Part shown: positions 9,785-20,050 of the stretch, piece after piece
Numbering within the stretch: position 1 is the stretch's first letter
Layout: the number at the start of each line of letters is the position of its first letter
Source of the DNA: an uncultured Candidatus Binatia bacterium
GTDB lineage: Bacteria > Desulfobacterota > Binatia > UBA9968 > JAJDTQ01
NCBI GenBank assembly: GCA_965213675.1
Contig: OZ243916.1
Span: forward strand, 1,984,001 to 2,048,000
DNA: 64,000 nt
Direction of reading: 5' to 3'
The notes under the pieces: generated by a model
The model's database searches: none
What the model was told of the DNA's origin: nothing
What the model saw: the letters and a program-made list of their open reading frames with translations, nothing else
Translations under genes and position numbers: made by a program

Positions 9785-11210
9785 CACGCCTCGACTCGCG
9801 GCCGGCGGCCACGCCAGACGGTCTGGCGCCCGCGCCCAAGGCCCCGCCCGGCCGCGCCGCGCGCCTGCCGGGGGCTGGCCCGGAACCACCCGAGCGCGCC
9901 TCGGGCCTCCGTCCGGGCGCGCCTCCCCGTGGTCCTGTTCCAGACGCCGCCCGGTTGCCGAGTTGCACCTTGGCCCCGTCCCGCAGCGTCTCGTTGCCCA
10001 AGGTCACCACTTGCTGGCCGGGCCAGAGCGCGCCGTCGGAAATTTCCCGCAGCGCGCGGTAACCGCGCCCGGTGCTGACCCTCACCGCCTTCGCCTGCCC
10101 ATTGGACACGACGAAGACTATCTCGTCCGGGCCGCGCCGCACCACCGCGTCCTTGGGCACCAGCACGCTCGGCTCGCCGCTGGAAACGACCACCGCGACC
10201 CGCGCCAGCATGCCGGCCTTGAGGCGTCCGCGAGCGTTGGCAAGCCGGACCTTCACCGGAAAGGTGCGGCTGCGCGTGTCGGCCTGGGGAACGATGTGCG
10301 CGACCTCACCGGAGAACACCTCGCCGGGAAAGGCGTCCAGCGTCACCCTGGCCGGCAGACCCGTGCGCAGCCGCGCGATCTTGCGCTCGCCCACCGGGCC
10401 GGCGGCGAACACCGGATCCAGGTCCACCAGGTCGGCCACTGGCTCGCCCGCGTTGACCCAGTCGCCCACGTCCACGTGCTTTCGGACGATGACGCCGGAG
10501 ATGGGCGCCCGCAGCGTGCTGTGGTCGATCTCGTAGGCCACCGCGTCCAGACGCGCCCGGGCCTCCTCGTGCTCGGCCTCGGCCATGGCGATGTCCTCGG
10601 CCCGGGCGCCGGCGCGGGTGAGCTTCAAGGCGGCGCGGGCGCTGCCGTACTTCTCACGGGCGGCGAGGTAGTCGCTTTCCGCCTGCTGCAACGCCGCCAG
10701 GCTCACAAGGCGGTCCTCATAGAGTTGTTTGGCGCGATCAAAGTCGCGACGGGCGCGCTCCAGCAGCGCCTCCTGCTCCTTGGCCGCGGCCAGCCGCTGC
10801 GCCACCTCCTCGGAGCGGGACCCCTCCAGCACCTTCTCCCACTGCTTCTTCGCCCGCGCCACCGCGGCCGCGCGCTCGCGCAGGGCGATCTCACGCCGTC
10901 CCCGGTCCACCTGGAGCAAAACGGTCTTGCCCGCCGTCACCGCGTCGCCTTCCCGGAAGCCAGCCACGGCCACGCTGCCCGTCACCACCGCGGAAACGGT
11001 GGTGGCGACGTTGGGCTCGATGGTGCCGATGAAGGAGATCTCTTCGGGGATCGCCCGCGACTGCACCGGAGCCGTCTTGACGGCCACCGGCCGCGCGCCC
11101 CAAGGCTGCGCCCGAGCCTCACCGCCGGCGAAGACGAAAGCCGCCAGCAGGCAGCCGGCCACGAGAACCGGCCCCGGCGCGGCAACGAAGGACAGTGAAC
11201 GGGACAACAT
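9771..11210 (-). CDS. RND periplasmic adaptor subunit
   Basis: Coiled coil, LRAPISGVI, SRTFPVKV, LKAGM; start position estimated. Confidence 0.9.
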   Translation of the reverse strand: MLSRSLSFVAAPGPVLVAGCLLAAFVFAGGEARAQPWGARPVAVKTAPVQSRAIPEEISFIGTIEPNVATTVSAVVTGSVAVAGFREGDAVTAGKTVLLQVDRGRREIALRERAAAVARAKKQWEKVLEGSRSEEVAQRLAAAKEQEALLERARRDFDRAKQLYEDRLVSLAALQQAESDYLAAREKYGSARAALKLTRAGARAEDIAMAEAEHEEARARLDAVAYEIDHSTLRAPISGVIVRKHVDVGDWVNAGEPVADLVDLDPVFAAGPVGERKIARLRTGLPARVTLDAFPGEVFSGEVAHIVPQADTRSRTFPVKVRLANARGRLKAGMLARVAVVVSSGEPSVLVPKDAVVRRGPDEIVFVVSNGQAKAVRVSTGRGYRALREISDGALWPGQQVVTLGNETLRDGAKVQLGNRAASGTGPRGGAPGRRPEARSGGSGPAPGRRAARPGGALGAGARPSGVAAGRESRRDGNR

Positions 11211-11350
11211 GATTTTTTCCAAACGGTCCTTTTGCGAATCCACAAGCCCGCCCTGGAAGCACGGTGACCTCGACGAACTCCTGGCCCCGAACCCACAGGC
11301 GCGTGGACAACATCGCGACATCGCAAGTTCGACGATGCCAAGTTCGTTCC

Positions 11351-11387
11351 GTCGATACGCGTCGATACGATACGGCGCGTCGATGCG
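11351..11387. promoter_or_regulatory. Repeated GTCGAT(A/G)CG boxes, putative operator upstream of the RND operon
   Basis: GTCGATACGC GTCGATACG ATACG GCGC GTCGATGCG in a divergent intergenic region. Confidence 0.3.
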
Positions 11388-11624
11388 GCGCGGGCAACAC
11401 GCCACAAGTTGAGGATAGGGCTTTTGCGGGACGTGGGCAACCGTCGCCCTCTGGACTTCGCCACACCGAATCAGTACCTTTCTCAACTTTCAATCATGTG
11501 CCCCAGCGTCATCGAGCCCCAGCTTCCCTTGCCGTGAATCCGCCACAGCCATGAAGCGAGGCGACGACCGCGGACGGGGCCACAGGACGGGATGTCGCGC
11601 CGGATCCAGGCAGGTCGAGAGCCA

Positions 11625-12899
11625 ATGAATGCGGCAGAAGAACACTTCGACGTAATCGTGGCCGGCGGCGGCAGCGCAGGGGTCGCCGCGGCGGTGGGCA
11701 GCGCGAGAAGCGGCGCGCGAACGTTGCTGATCGAGCGGTACTACTGCCTCGGCGGGGCGTCGACCATGCGCAACATCCTGACGTACTGCGGCCTGTACAC
11801 GCTGGACGAGCATCCGAAGATGGTGGTGGGCGGTGTCGGCGCCGAGATCGTCGACCGTCTCCGGCGGCGCCATGCCCTCACCGGACCGTTTCGATTCCGC
11901 GGCGTCTTCGTGGTGTTCGATCCCGAGGCGGTGAAGGTCGTCCTGGACGATATCTGCCAGGACGCGGGGGTGACCGTCCTGCTTGGCGCCATGGTGGTGG
12001 GCGCGGAGCGCGCGGGCGGCGCCGTCACCACCGTAACCCTCGCCGACCATGCCGGCCTGCGCCAGGTCGGCGCCAAGGCGTTCGTCGATTGCACCGGGGA
12101 GGGGAACCTGGCGGCCCGGGCCGGCGCGGGCACCCGTTACGGCAATCCCGACGGCGTCAATCTGGGTAGCCTCGGCACGCGGTTCGGCGGCATACCCGCG
12201 GACCTCACGGTGACGGCTGACGACATCGCCGCCGCGGTGGCGCGGCTCGGACCCGAGCGCCGGCTCGTCACCAAGGAGCGCGGCGTGGTCGCCCGCCTGC
12301 CCCATTCGGGCGATCTGGCCTGTTACCTGGTCTCGGCGGACTTCGACCCGCGGGACGCGCGTTCCCTGTCCGACGCGGAACGGGACGGCCGGCGGCAGGC
12401 ATGGACGTACCTCAAGGCCATTCGCACCATACCCGGTTGCCAGGGCGCCTACCTCGTGGCCACGGGCCACGAATTCGGCACCCGCGAATCGCGGCACATC
12501 GAGTCGGTGCGTCCGTTCCAGTGGCGCGACGTGGAAGAGAGCCGCGGTTTCGACGACTGCATCGCGCTGGGCGCCTGGGGCGCGGAGTGGCACGACCGCA
12601 AGACCTACGGCAGCAGCTACGACTATCCCCCGGAGCGGACGTCCTACGAGATTCCGCTTTCCTGTCTCACCAGCCGGGACACGTCGAACCTGTTCGCGGC
12701 CGGCCGCGTCGCCGACGGCGACCGGCTCGCGGGCGCCGCCATCCGAGTCATGGGTACAGCGTTCGCCACCGGCCACGCGGCCGGTGTGGCCGCCGCGCAA
12801 GTCGCCAACGGCGGTCCCCTGCAATCCGCTTGCGTCCGGCGGGCGCTGGCCCGTCAGGGCGCCATCCTCGACCGTTCGGCGGTTTCCCCATCCCCATGA
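11625..12899 (+). CDS. FAD-dependent oxidoreductase
   Basis: DVIVAGGGSAG, FVDCTGEG, GTRESR, NLFAAGR, AIRVMGTAFATGHAAG. Confidence 0.88.
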   Translation: MNAAEEHFDVIVAGGGSAGVAAAVGSARSGARTLLIERYYCLGGASTMRNILTYCGLYTLDEHPKMVVGGVGAEIVDRLRRRHALTGPFRFRGVFVVFDPEAVKVVLDDICQDAGVTVLLGAMVVGAERAGGAVTTVTLADHAGLRQVGAKAFVDCTGEGNLAARAGAGTRYGNPDGVNLGSLGTRFGGIPADLTVTADDIAAAVARLGPERRLVTKERGVVARLPHSGDLACYLVSADFDPRDARSLSDAERDGRRQAWTYLKAIRTIPGCQGAYLVATGHEFGTRESRHIESVRPFQWRDVEESRGFDDCIALGAWGAEWHDRKTYGSSYDYPPERTSYEIPLSCLTSRDTSNLFAAGRVADGDRLAGAAIRVMGTAFATGHAAGVAAAQVANGGPLQSACVRRALARQGAILDRSAVSPSP

Positions 12900-12994
12900 T
12901 ATGACGGTTTCTTGACGGCCGTGCGCTGCTAACCCCTTGTTCGAGGGAAGGGCAGCGGCAACAATCGATTTCTGTCCCAGCAAAGGAGGATCGG

Positions 12995-14029
12995 ATGTTC
13001 AACAGAACCAATCGGAAGAGTTGGCGATGGTCCGCGGGCAGTCTCGCCGGCATCGCAATGCTCGGCCTGGCCACCCTGTGGACGAGCGAGGCCGCCGCGG
13101 AAAAGATCACCATCGGCGCGCTGCGTTTCACGTCGCATTCGCCGACGTTCATCGCCAAGGAACGGGGCTACTTCAAGAAGGAGGGCCTCGACGTGGAGCT
13201 CAAGTTCTTCCAGGCGGCCCAGCCCATCGCCGTGGCCATCGCTTCGGGAGACATCGACTTCGGCGTCACCGCCCTCACCGGCGGCTTCTACAACCTTGCG
13301 GGCAAGGGCGCCCTCAAGGTCATCGGCGGCCTCTACACCGAGGACCCCAAACACAACGGCATGGCGATCATGGCCTCCAACAAGGCCCACACTGCCGGTC
13401 TCACTACGCCCGAGGCCATCAAGGGGCGGAGCTGGGCCATGACCCAGCAGGGATCGTCCTTCCACTACATCATCGGCATGATCGGCGCGAAGCACGGCTT
13501 CGGCATCGCCGACGTCGATGTCAAGCCCCTTCAGAAAGTCCCCGCCATGATCGGAGCGGTGAAGTCGGGCCAGGTGGACGCCATGGCCATGGTGCCCCAC
13601 GTGGCGATTCCCCTCGACAAGGCCGGCGCGGCCAAAATCATCGGCTGGGTCCGCGACCTGGGCGACTATCAGGTGACGACGATCTTCACCTCAACGGACA
13701 ACGTCCAGAATCATCGTGGCAAGGTCGAGCGCTTCCTGCGCGCCTACCGCAAGGGCATCGCCGACTACCGCACCGTCATGCTCGACCAGAACAAGGACCT
13801 CGACGCCACCGAAGCCATGGTGGCCCTGATCCACAAGTACGTCTACACATCCCGGCCGCGCGAGAAGGCGGCGCCGTCCATCAAGGCGGGCGCGGTCTAC
13901 ATGACCGAGGACGCGGCCCTGGACATCGCCGACCTGAAGCGGCAGTTGGTGTGGTTCCAGGCCCAGGGCTTCGCTCCAAAGTCCTTGACCACCGAGACCT
14001 ACGTCGAGACCAGCTTCGTGAAGCCATAG
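12995..14029 (+). CDS. NitT/TauT ABC substrate-binding protein
   Basis: Signal peptide, AKERGYFKKEGLDVE, SGQVDA. Confidence 0.88.
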   Translation: MFNRTNRKSWRWSAGSLAGIAMLGLATLWTSEAAAEKITIGALRFTSHSPTFIAKERGYFKKEGLDVELKFFQAAQPIAVAIASGDIDFGVTALTGGFYNLAGKGALKVIGGLYTEDPKHNGMAIMASNKAHTAGLTTPEAIKGRSWAMTQQGSSFHYIIGMIGAKHGFGIADVDVKPLQKVPAMIGAVKSGQVDAMAMVPHVAIPLDKAGAAKIIGWVRDLGDYQVTTIFTSTDNVQNHRGKVERFLRAYRKGIADYRTVMLDQNKDLDATEAMVALIHKYVYTSRPREKAAPSIKAGAVYMTEDAALDIADLKRQLVWFQAQGFAPKSLTTETYVETSFVKP

Positions 14030-14279
14030 CGGTGAGAACCCCAGGCGGATGGAAGCGTCCCGGCGCGCCTCCATCCGCTTGGGAGCTTGCGCCGCCGGTA
14101 TTCGCGAAAGCGGATTTGCAGCCGTGAATTCCTACGGCGCATGCTCCTGGGAGCCCGTCTCGCGAACAGGGTCTTGAAGATGCGAGGGCGATCTTGTTGC
14201 CGGCAGGGCGCGATGGCGAGCGGTGGCGGGCAGGGACTCGCAGATTCATGCCAGGCAAGACACTGGGCCGCACAAGCGG

Positions 14280-15047
14280 ATGGACATCCACGTCGATCAC
14301 ATCAGCCACTGGTACGGGCAGACGGAAGTCCTGCGGGACATCGACCTGCGCATCGGCTCGGGACAGATCGTCTGCATCATCGGACCGTCCGGCTGCGGCA
14401 AGTCGACGCTGCTGCGGTTTCTGGGCGGGCTGGAGCGTCCGACCCGGGGGACCGTCCGGCAGATGGGCCCGCCGCCGCCCGACAGTCTCAATCCGCTGAC
14501 CTATATCTTTCAGGATTTCGCCCTGCTGCCGTGGCGCTCCGCCGCCGGCAACATTTCCCTGGTGCTGGAACGGCACGGCCTGTCGCGCGGCGAGGCCAAC
14601 GCCATCGTCGACGACGTGCTCGCCCGGACCAAGCTCACGGACTTCCGCGACGCCCTGCCGAAGCAGCTCTCCGGCGGCATGAAGCAGCGGGTGGCCATCG
14701 CCCGGGCGCTGGCGGTGCGGCCCGCCTGTCTGTTGATGGATGAGCCGCTGTCGTCACTGGACGGGCAGACACGGGAGCTGCTCCTCGACGACCTCCTGGA
14801 CCTGTGGCTGCGCGAACGCTTCACCGCCTGCTACGTGACCCACAATCTCGAAGAGGCCGTGCGGCTCGGTCACAAGATCGTGGTGTTGTCACGGCGGCCC
14901 GGCTGCATCCGCGAGGTCGTGGAACTGGACACGCCGCTGGAAGAGCGCAAGGGGCAGTCCGGCATGTTGTGGGAGCGCCAGCGCCACCTCTGGGAGCTGA
15001 TGCGGGAGGAAGCGCTGGCCGCGGATCAGGAGATCGTCCATGTCTGA
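14280..15047 (+). CDS. NitT/TauT ABC ATP-binding protein
   Basis: GPSGCGKST, LSGGMKQR, LLMDEP. Confidence 0.93.
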   Translation: MDIHVDHISHWYGQTEVLRDIDLRIGSGQIVCIIGPSGCGKSTLLRFLGGLERPTRGTVRQMGPPPPDSLNPLTYIFQDFALLPWRSAAGNISLVLERHGLSRGEANAIVDDVLARTKLTDFRDALPKQLSGGMKQRVAIARALAVRPACLLMDEPLSSLDGQTRELLLDDLLDLWLRERFTACYVTHNLEEAVRLGHKIVVLSRRPGCIREVVELDTPLEERKGQSGMLWERQRHLWELMREEALAADQEIVHV

Positions 15048-15837
15048 ACCTGCGGGCGGCGCGCCGGTTCCCTATCGCGGCGGCGGCTTCCAGCCCCGGC
15101 CCGTGGGCGTGGTGGGCCCGCTGGTCTTCGCCGGGCTCATCGGCCTGTGGGAGATCGCCTCCCGCGCGGGTTGGATCAGCGACCTCATGGCCCCCGCGCC
15201 CAGCCAGGCCATGGCCGCCCTCGTCCATCTGGTGAAGACCGGCGAGATCTGGTTGCATCTCGTGGCTTCGCTCCAGCGGCTACTGCTGGGCTGGACGCTG
15301 GGCACGGTGGCCGGGCTCCTGGTGGGCTTCTCCGCCGGACTGTTCTCGCTGGCCCGGGCGGGCATCGTCCCGTTCGTGGCCGCCATCTTTCCCATTCCCA
15401 AGATCGCGCTGTTGCCCCTGTTCATCATCTGGTTCGGCATCGGCGAGGAATCCAAGGTGGCGACCATCTTCTTCGGCACGTTCTTCCCCACCGTCATCTC
15501 GGTCTACGGCGGCGTCGACAACGTGGACCGCACGCTGATCCGCATGGGGCAGTCCTTCGACCTCACCTGGTTCTCCATCGTGCGCAAGATCATCCTGCCC
15601 GGCGCCATGCCCGCGATCCTTTCCGGCTTCCGCATATCCACGTCCATCGCCATCATCCTGCTGGTGGCCGCCGAGATGATCGGCGCCGAGTTCGGCGTGG
15701 GCGCCTACATCCTGCTGGCCGGCAACCTCATGGCCACCGACCAGCTCATCGCTGGCGCCGCCCTGCTGTCCCTCATGGGCCTCACCGTGAGCTGGCTCAT
15801 CGGCAAGGCCGAGAAGAGCATCCTGCGGTGGCGCTAG
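15040..15837 (+). CDS. NitT/TauT ABC permease
   Basis: PIPKIALLPLFIIWFGIGE, LVAAEMIGA. Confidence 0.92.
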   Translation: MSEPAGGAPVPYRGGGFQPRPVGVVGPLVFAGLIGLWEIASRAGWISDLMAPAPSQAMAALVHLVKTGEIWLHLVASLQRLLLGWTLGTVAGLLVGFSAGLFSLARAGIVPFVAAIFPIPKIALLPLFIIWFGIGEESKVATIFFGTFFPTVISVYGGVDNVDRTLIRMGQSFDLTWFSIVRKIILPGAMPAILSGFRISTSIAIILLVAAEMIGAEFGVGAYILLAGNLMATDQLIAGAALLSLMGLTVSWLIGKAEKSILRWR

Positions 15838-15857
15838 TGTGGTGTCTGGTTAATTCG
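15834..15857 (+). repeat. MITE terminal remnant
   Basis: CTAGTGTGGTGTCTGGTTAATTCG, identical to the end of MITE copy 1; overlaps a TAG stop. Confidence 0.8.
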
Positions 15858-16133
15858 AGGATGTAACCCAAGGCAGGGAACTGCGTAGGGGCCACGCGCC
15901 GGTCCCCCCACGGGAAATCGTCCGGTCACGGTCGGAAATCATCCGGTCACGGTCTTTGCGGCGGCGGCCGGTGGCCGGGCCGGATGCCGCTGCCGTCGAC
16001 GCATTCCGGCGTCCCGAATGAACCGCTGGGCTGCTTGACAGCCTTTCGGCGACGGCCTACGATTCCGACATTCCAGCACGGTGCGCCACCCAGCCCCCGG
16101 GTATCCCATTTCACGTTCGTGGAGGAAGCACAC

Positions 16134-17258
16134 ATGGCCAAGCAAGGCTTCAAGGCAATGGATTCCGATATGCATGTGTTCGAACCCCACGACCTGTGGG
16201 ATCGTTACATCGATTCGGAGTTCAAGGACCGCGCCCCCAAGGGTTTGCAACGCGATTTTCGCGACTTGGGCGTGGAGGTGGACGGGAAGATCCTGCCGGT
16301 GCCGAGGCGGCCGGAAAACCCCAACCTGCGCGAATACCGTCTGGCCACCCTGAAGGAGAAGTACAGCGACGTGGCGGCGCGCAACTTCGACGGCGTGAGC
16401 CAGGTCATGGCCATGGACAAGGAAGGCTTGGACATGGCGTTCCTGTTCCCCACCCGCGGGCTGTTCGTCCTGGGCATCGACGGGCTCGATCCGGACCTGG
16501 CGGCGGCCATCTCCCGCGCCTACAACGACTGGCTTTACGATTTCGCCGAGGCCGACCGTGATCGCATGGTGTGCGTCGCCATGGTGCCGCCGCACAACGT
16601 CGAGGCGGCGGTGGCCGAGACCCGGCGGACGGTAACCGAAATGGGTTTCCGGGGCGTCTTCATGCGCCCCAACCAGACCAACGGCAAGTGCTGGAGCGAC
16701 CCCTGCTACGACCCCCTGTGGGAGGTGTGCCAGAGCCTGAACGTGCCCGTGGGCTTTCACGAGGCCGGGCGCGTGTACCAGCCCCAGCCCGCCATCTCCC
16801 AGTTCATCCCGTCCTTCTCCATGTTCAACACCCTGAGCTTTCCGCTGGCCAACATGTTCGCGTGCGCGGACATGATCTACGGCGGCGTCATGGAGCGTTT
16901 TCCCAAGCTGCGCGTGGCCTTCCTGGAAGGCAACTGCTCGTGGCTGCCGTGGCTCCTGTACCGCATGGGCGACTACATGGAATCGGTGGGCAAGGCCGAG
17001 TACCCGGACTTGAAGCTCGAGCCGCTGGAGTACTTCCAGCGCCAATGCTTCGGCGCCGTGGAATGCGACGAGATCACCGCCCGGCACATCCCGGATTTCG
17101 GCCTGGAGGACAACGTGGTGTTCTCCACCGACTACCCGCACCTGGACGTCAAGTATCCCCACTCACTGGATACGTTCCTGGGAATGCCATTCTCCGACGA
17201 GTCCAAACGGAAGTACCTCTGGGACAACTGCGCCCGCCTTTACAACATGGAGCCATGA
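16134..17258 (+). CDS. amidohydrolase family protein (Amidohydro_2)
   Basis: DSDMH, AYNDWL, VGFH, FLEGNCSW, FSTDYPH. Confidence 0.9.
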   Translation: MAKQGFKAMDSDMHVFEPHDLWDRYIDSEFKDRAPKGLQRDFRDLGVEVDGKILPVPRRPENPNLREYRLATLKEKYSDVAARNFDGVSQVMAMDKEGLDMAFLFPTRGLFVLGIDGLDPDLAAAISRAYNDWLYDFAEADRDRMVCVAMVPPHNVEAAVAETRRTVTEMGFRGVFMRPNQTNGKCWSDPCYDPLWEVCQSLNVPVGFHEAGRVYQPQPAISQFIPSFSMFNTLSFPLANMFACADMIYGGVMERFPKLRVAFLEGNCSWLPWLLYRMGDYMESVGKAEYPDLKLEPLEYFQRQCFGAVECDEITARHIPDFGLEDNVVFSTDYPHLDVKYPHSLDTFLGMPFSDESKRKYLWDNCARLYNMEP

Positions 17259-17418
17259 CACTCCCCGTGTCCTGTCCGGCGGATTCGCGCATGACAAGGT
17301 GCGGAGAAGTGTCTGCGGAGAACTGTCATCGCCGGCCAAACGCGATGACTTGCAGGAGCGACCGGCGGTCGCTTTCGCGGGCGCCGCGCGAGGAAATGCC
17401 ACGCAGCCGGCGGCGAAA

Positions 17419-18582
17419 ATGACCCGCGGACCCGCATGTGAACCCGCCGGACGGGACGCCGACTCCAAGGCGACATTCGCGCGCCGTGGGATCGTGGAAG
17501 GTTTCTTCGGCCCCCCGTGGAGCATGGCCCACCGTACGGCGATGTTCGCATTCGGCGCCGCCCGCGGCATGAACACCTACCTCTACGCACCCAAGGACGA
17601 CCCCTACCACCGGGAGCACTGGCAACTGCCCTACCCCGAGCCGGAATGGCGCGAGTTGTGCGCGCTCATCGCCGCCGCCCAGACCCACGGCATCGACTTC
17701 GTCTACGGCTTTCACCCCGGCAAGGACCTGCGCTTTGCGGATTCGGAACCGGTGGGCATTCTGCTGGACAAGGCGGCGCGCCTGTACGACCAAGGCGTGC
17801 GCACCTTCGCGGTGTTGTTCGACGACATTCCGTCTCGCCTTGCGGACGCCGGCGACGTGCAGCGGTTCGACGGCAGCCTGGCCAAGGCCGAATCCCTCTG
17901 GCTCGAAGCGGTGCTGGAGCGGCAAGCCGCGGCCTGGCAGGTGGAGTGGTGGTTCTGTCCCTCGTACTACACACCGGACCCGTTCCTGGCCAGGGTGTTC
18001 GGCGAGTTCGAGCCCGGCTTTATCGAGACCGTGGCGCGGCACCTGCCGGCAGCGGTGGCGTGCTTCTGGACCGGCCCCAAGGTGGTTTCCCGTGACATCC
18101 CGCTGGCACACGTCGACGACATCGCCCGGAGGCTGGGACACCGGCTGCTGCTGTGGGACAACTATCCCGTGAACGATCTCTACATGAAGGACGAGTTGCA
18201 CATCGGTCCCCTCACCGGACGCCATCCGCGGCTGCCGGAGCAGGCGCACGGGCACCTCGCCAACCCGCTGTTGCAGGAGGCGCTGAGCTTCGTTCCCCTT
18301 GCCACCTGCTTCGACTACGCGCGCGACCCCGGGGCCTACGATCCGGAGAAGAGTTGGGAGGCGGTCGTGGCGGAACGGTTCGGCGCCGCCAACCTGGAGC
18401 CCTGGCGGGCGCTCCGACTGTTTTGTGAACGGGACGCGGCCAGCGCCGGCGCGGCAACGTTTTCGGAGCCGGAGCGCGGCGCCCTCGCAGCCGCCCACGC
18501 CTACCTTTCGACTCACCGGAGCGAAGCGTGGCGCCGCGAGTTCGAACCGTGGCGGGAGCGGCTGGAGCGCGCGCTACACTAG
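17419..18582 (+). CDS. GH84 beta-N-acetylglucosaminidase (O-GlcNAcase-like), single domain
   Basis: GIVEGFFGPPW, YLYAPKDDPYHR, catalytic VLFDDI, WTGPKVV, WDNYPVND; start uncertain. Confidence 0.88.
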   Translation: MTRGPACEPAGRDADSKATFARRGIVEGFFGPPWSMAHRTAMFAFGAARGMNTYLYAPKDDPYHREHWQLPYPEPEWRELCALIAAAQTHGIDFVYGFHPGKDLRFADSEPVGILLDKAARLYDQGVRTFAVLFDDIPSRLADAGDVQRFDGSLAKAESLWLEAVLERQAAAWQVEWWFCPSYYTPDPFLARVFGEFEPGFIETVARHLPAAVACFWTGPKVVSRDIPLAHVDDIARRLGHRLLLWDNYPVNDLYMKDELHIGPLTGRHPRLPEQAHGHLANPLLQEALSFVPLATCFDYARDPGAYDPEKSWEAVVAERFGAANLEPWRALRLFCERDAASAGAATFSEPERGALAAAHAYLSTHRSEAWRREFEPWRERLERALH

Positions 18583-18608
18583 TGTGGTGTCTGGTTGATT
18601 CGCGTCAT
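18579..18608 (+). repeat. MITE terminal remnant forming the whole GH84-senA spacer
   Basis: CTAGTGTGGTGTCTGGTTGATTCGCGTCAT, 1 mismatch to the MITE left end. Confidence 0.8.
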
Positions 18609-19911
18609 GGAAGACAAAACCGCATCCACCCGTGAAGTCCTGGGCACCCTGGAAGAGGTGCGCTCCCGGACCTTGGGCTTCGTTGAGGACCTGTCCGGGG
18701 AGCAACTCACGGTTCCCTTGCTGAACATCGTCAACCCCCCGCTCTGGGAGATCGGGCATGTATCCTGGTTTCACGAGCGCTGGGCGTTGCGGCATCTGCG
18801 CGGCCGCGATCCCATCATTGCCAACGGCGACGCGCTCTACGATTCCGCGGCCGTCCATCACGACACCCGCTGGGTGCTGGCGCTGCCGCCGCTTGAAGCG
18901 ACCCTCGCCTACAAGGCACGGGTCCTGCAACAGATCATCGAAGAGCTGCCCGCCCAGCGTTTGAGCCCGAAGGAAACCTACTTCCACAGGCTCGTGATCT
19001 TCCACGAGGACATGCACGCGGAGGCCATGACCTACACGCGCCAGACTCTGGGATATCCGCGGCCTCCATTCATGCGCCAACGCCAGGGCGCGGCCGGCGG
19101 TCCCTGCCCGGGCGACGTGGAGTTGCCGGGCGGCGAATTCATTCTCGGCGGCACGCCGGACCTGCCCTTCGTCTTCGACAACGAAAAATGGGGCCATCCG
19201 GTGACCGTGGCGCCCTATCGCATCGCCCGCGCTCCAGTGACGAACCTGGAGTTCGCCGCCTTCGTGGACGACAACGGCTACGGTGACTCGCGCTGGTGGA
19301 GCGACGCGGGCTGGCGCTGGCGGCAGGGCGAGGGGAGCGCCCATCCCGTCTATTGGAAACGCGAGTCTCCGGGACGGTGGCTGGAGCGGGTGTTCGATCA
19401 ATGGGGGCCGCTTCAAGCGGAGATCCCGGTGATCCACGTCAACTGGTACGAGGCCGAGGCGTATTGCCGCTGGGCCGGAAGGCGGCTGGCCACGGAGGCG
19501 GAGTGGGAGATGGCCGCGGCGGTGGACCCCGCCGGCGGCACAGATCCGGATGCCGCCAAGCGCCGCTACCCCTGGGGCGAGGTGCCGCCCGACCCCATCC
19601 ACGGCAACCTCGATTGGGCCGCTGGAGGCCGCCTGCCAGTGGACGCGCTTTCGGCGGGCGACAGCGCCGCCGGCTGCCGGCAGATGATCGGCAACGTGTG
19701 GGAGTGGACGGCCCACGCCTTCCACCCCTACCCCGGCTTCGTCCGGGACCCCTACAAGGAATACTCGGAGCCCTGGTTCGGCGACCGCAAGGTGCTGCGC
19801 GGCGGCTGCTGGGCCACCCGCTCCCACCTGATCCGCAACACCTGGCGGAACTTCTTCACCCCGGACCGCCGCGACGTGTTGGCGGGCTTCCGGACCTGCG
19901 CACGACACTAA
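18607..19911 (+). CDS. senA: selenoneine synthase SenA (EgtB-like DinB plus FGE-sulfatase domains)
   Basis: NPPLWEIGHVSWFHE, HEDMHAEA iron ligands, GNVWEW, EYSEPWFG, RGGCWAT; adjacent to senB. Confidence 0.85.
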   Translation: MEDKTASTREVLGTLEEVRSRTLGFVEDLSGEQLTVPLLNIVNPPLWEIGHVSWFHERWALRHLRGRDPIIANGDALYDSAAVHHDTRWVLALPPLEATLAYKARVLQQIIEELPAQRLSPKETYFHRLVIFHEDMHAEAMTYTRQTLGYPRPPFMRQRQGAAGGPCPGDVELPGGEFILGGTPDLPFVFDNEKWGHPVTVAPYRIARAPVTNLEFAAFVDDNGYGDSRWWSDAGWRWRQGEGSAHPVYWKRESPGRWLERVFDQWGPLQAEIPVIHVNWYEAEAYCRWAGRRLATEAEWEMAAAVDPAGGTDPDAAKRRYPWGEVPPDPIHGNLDWAAGGRLPVDALSAGDSAAGCRQMIGNVWEWTAHAFHPYPGFVRDPYKEYSEPWFGDRKVLRGGCWATRSHLIRNTWRNFFTPDRRDVLAGFRTCARH

Positions 19912-20050
19912 TGGCGTGGCACACGATGACGCGTGACAGGCCACGAATGTCTCGTCCTGTTCGACAACCCGGATGACAACACTTCGAACGAATTGGCCAG
20001 GACATCGGCCCATTGGATTGGACAACGAGTTGACACGAACAAGCACCGCG

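Noticed and set aside
6587-10078. 1163-aa plus-strand ORF and similar long ORFs (620-2689, 23168-25105, 42120-43952, 61904-63979)
   Set aside because: Antisense shadows of well-supported genes, expected in high-GC DNA
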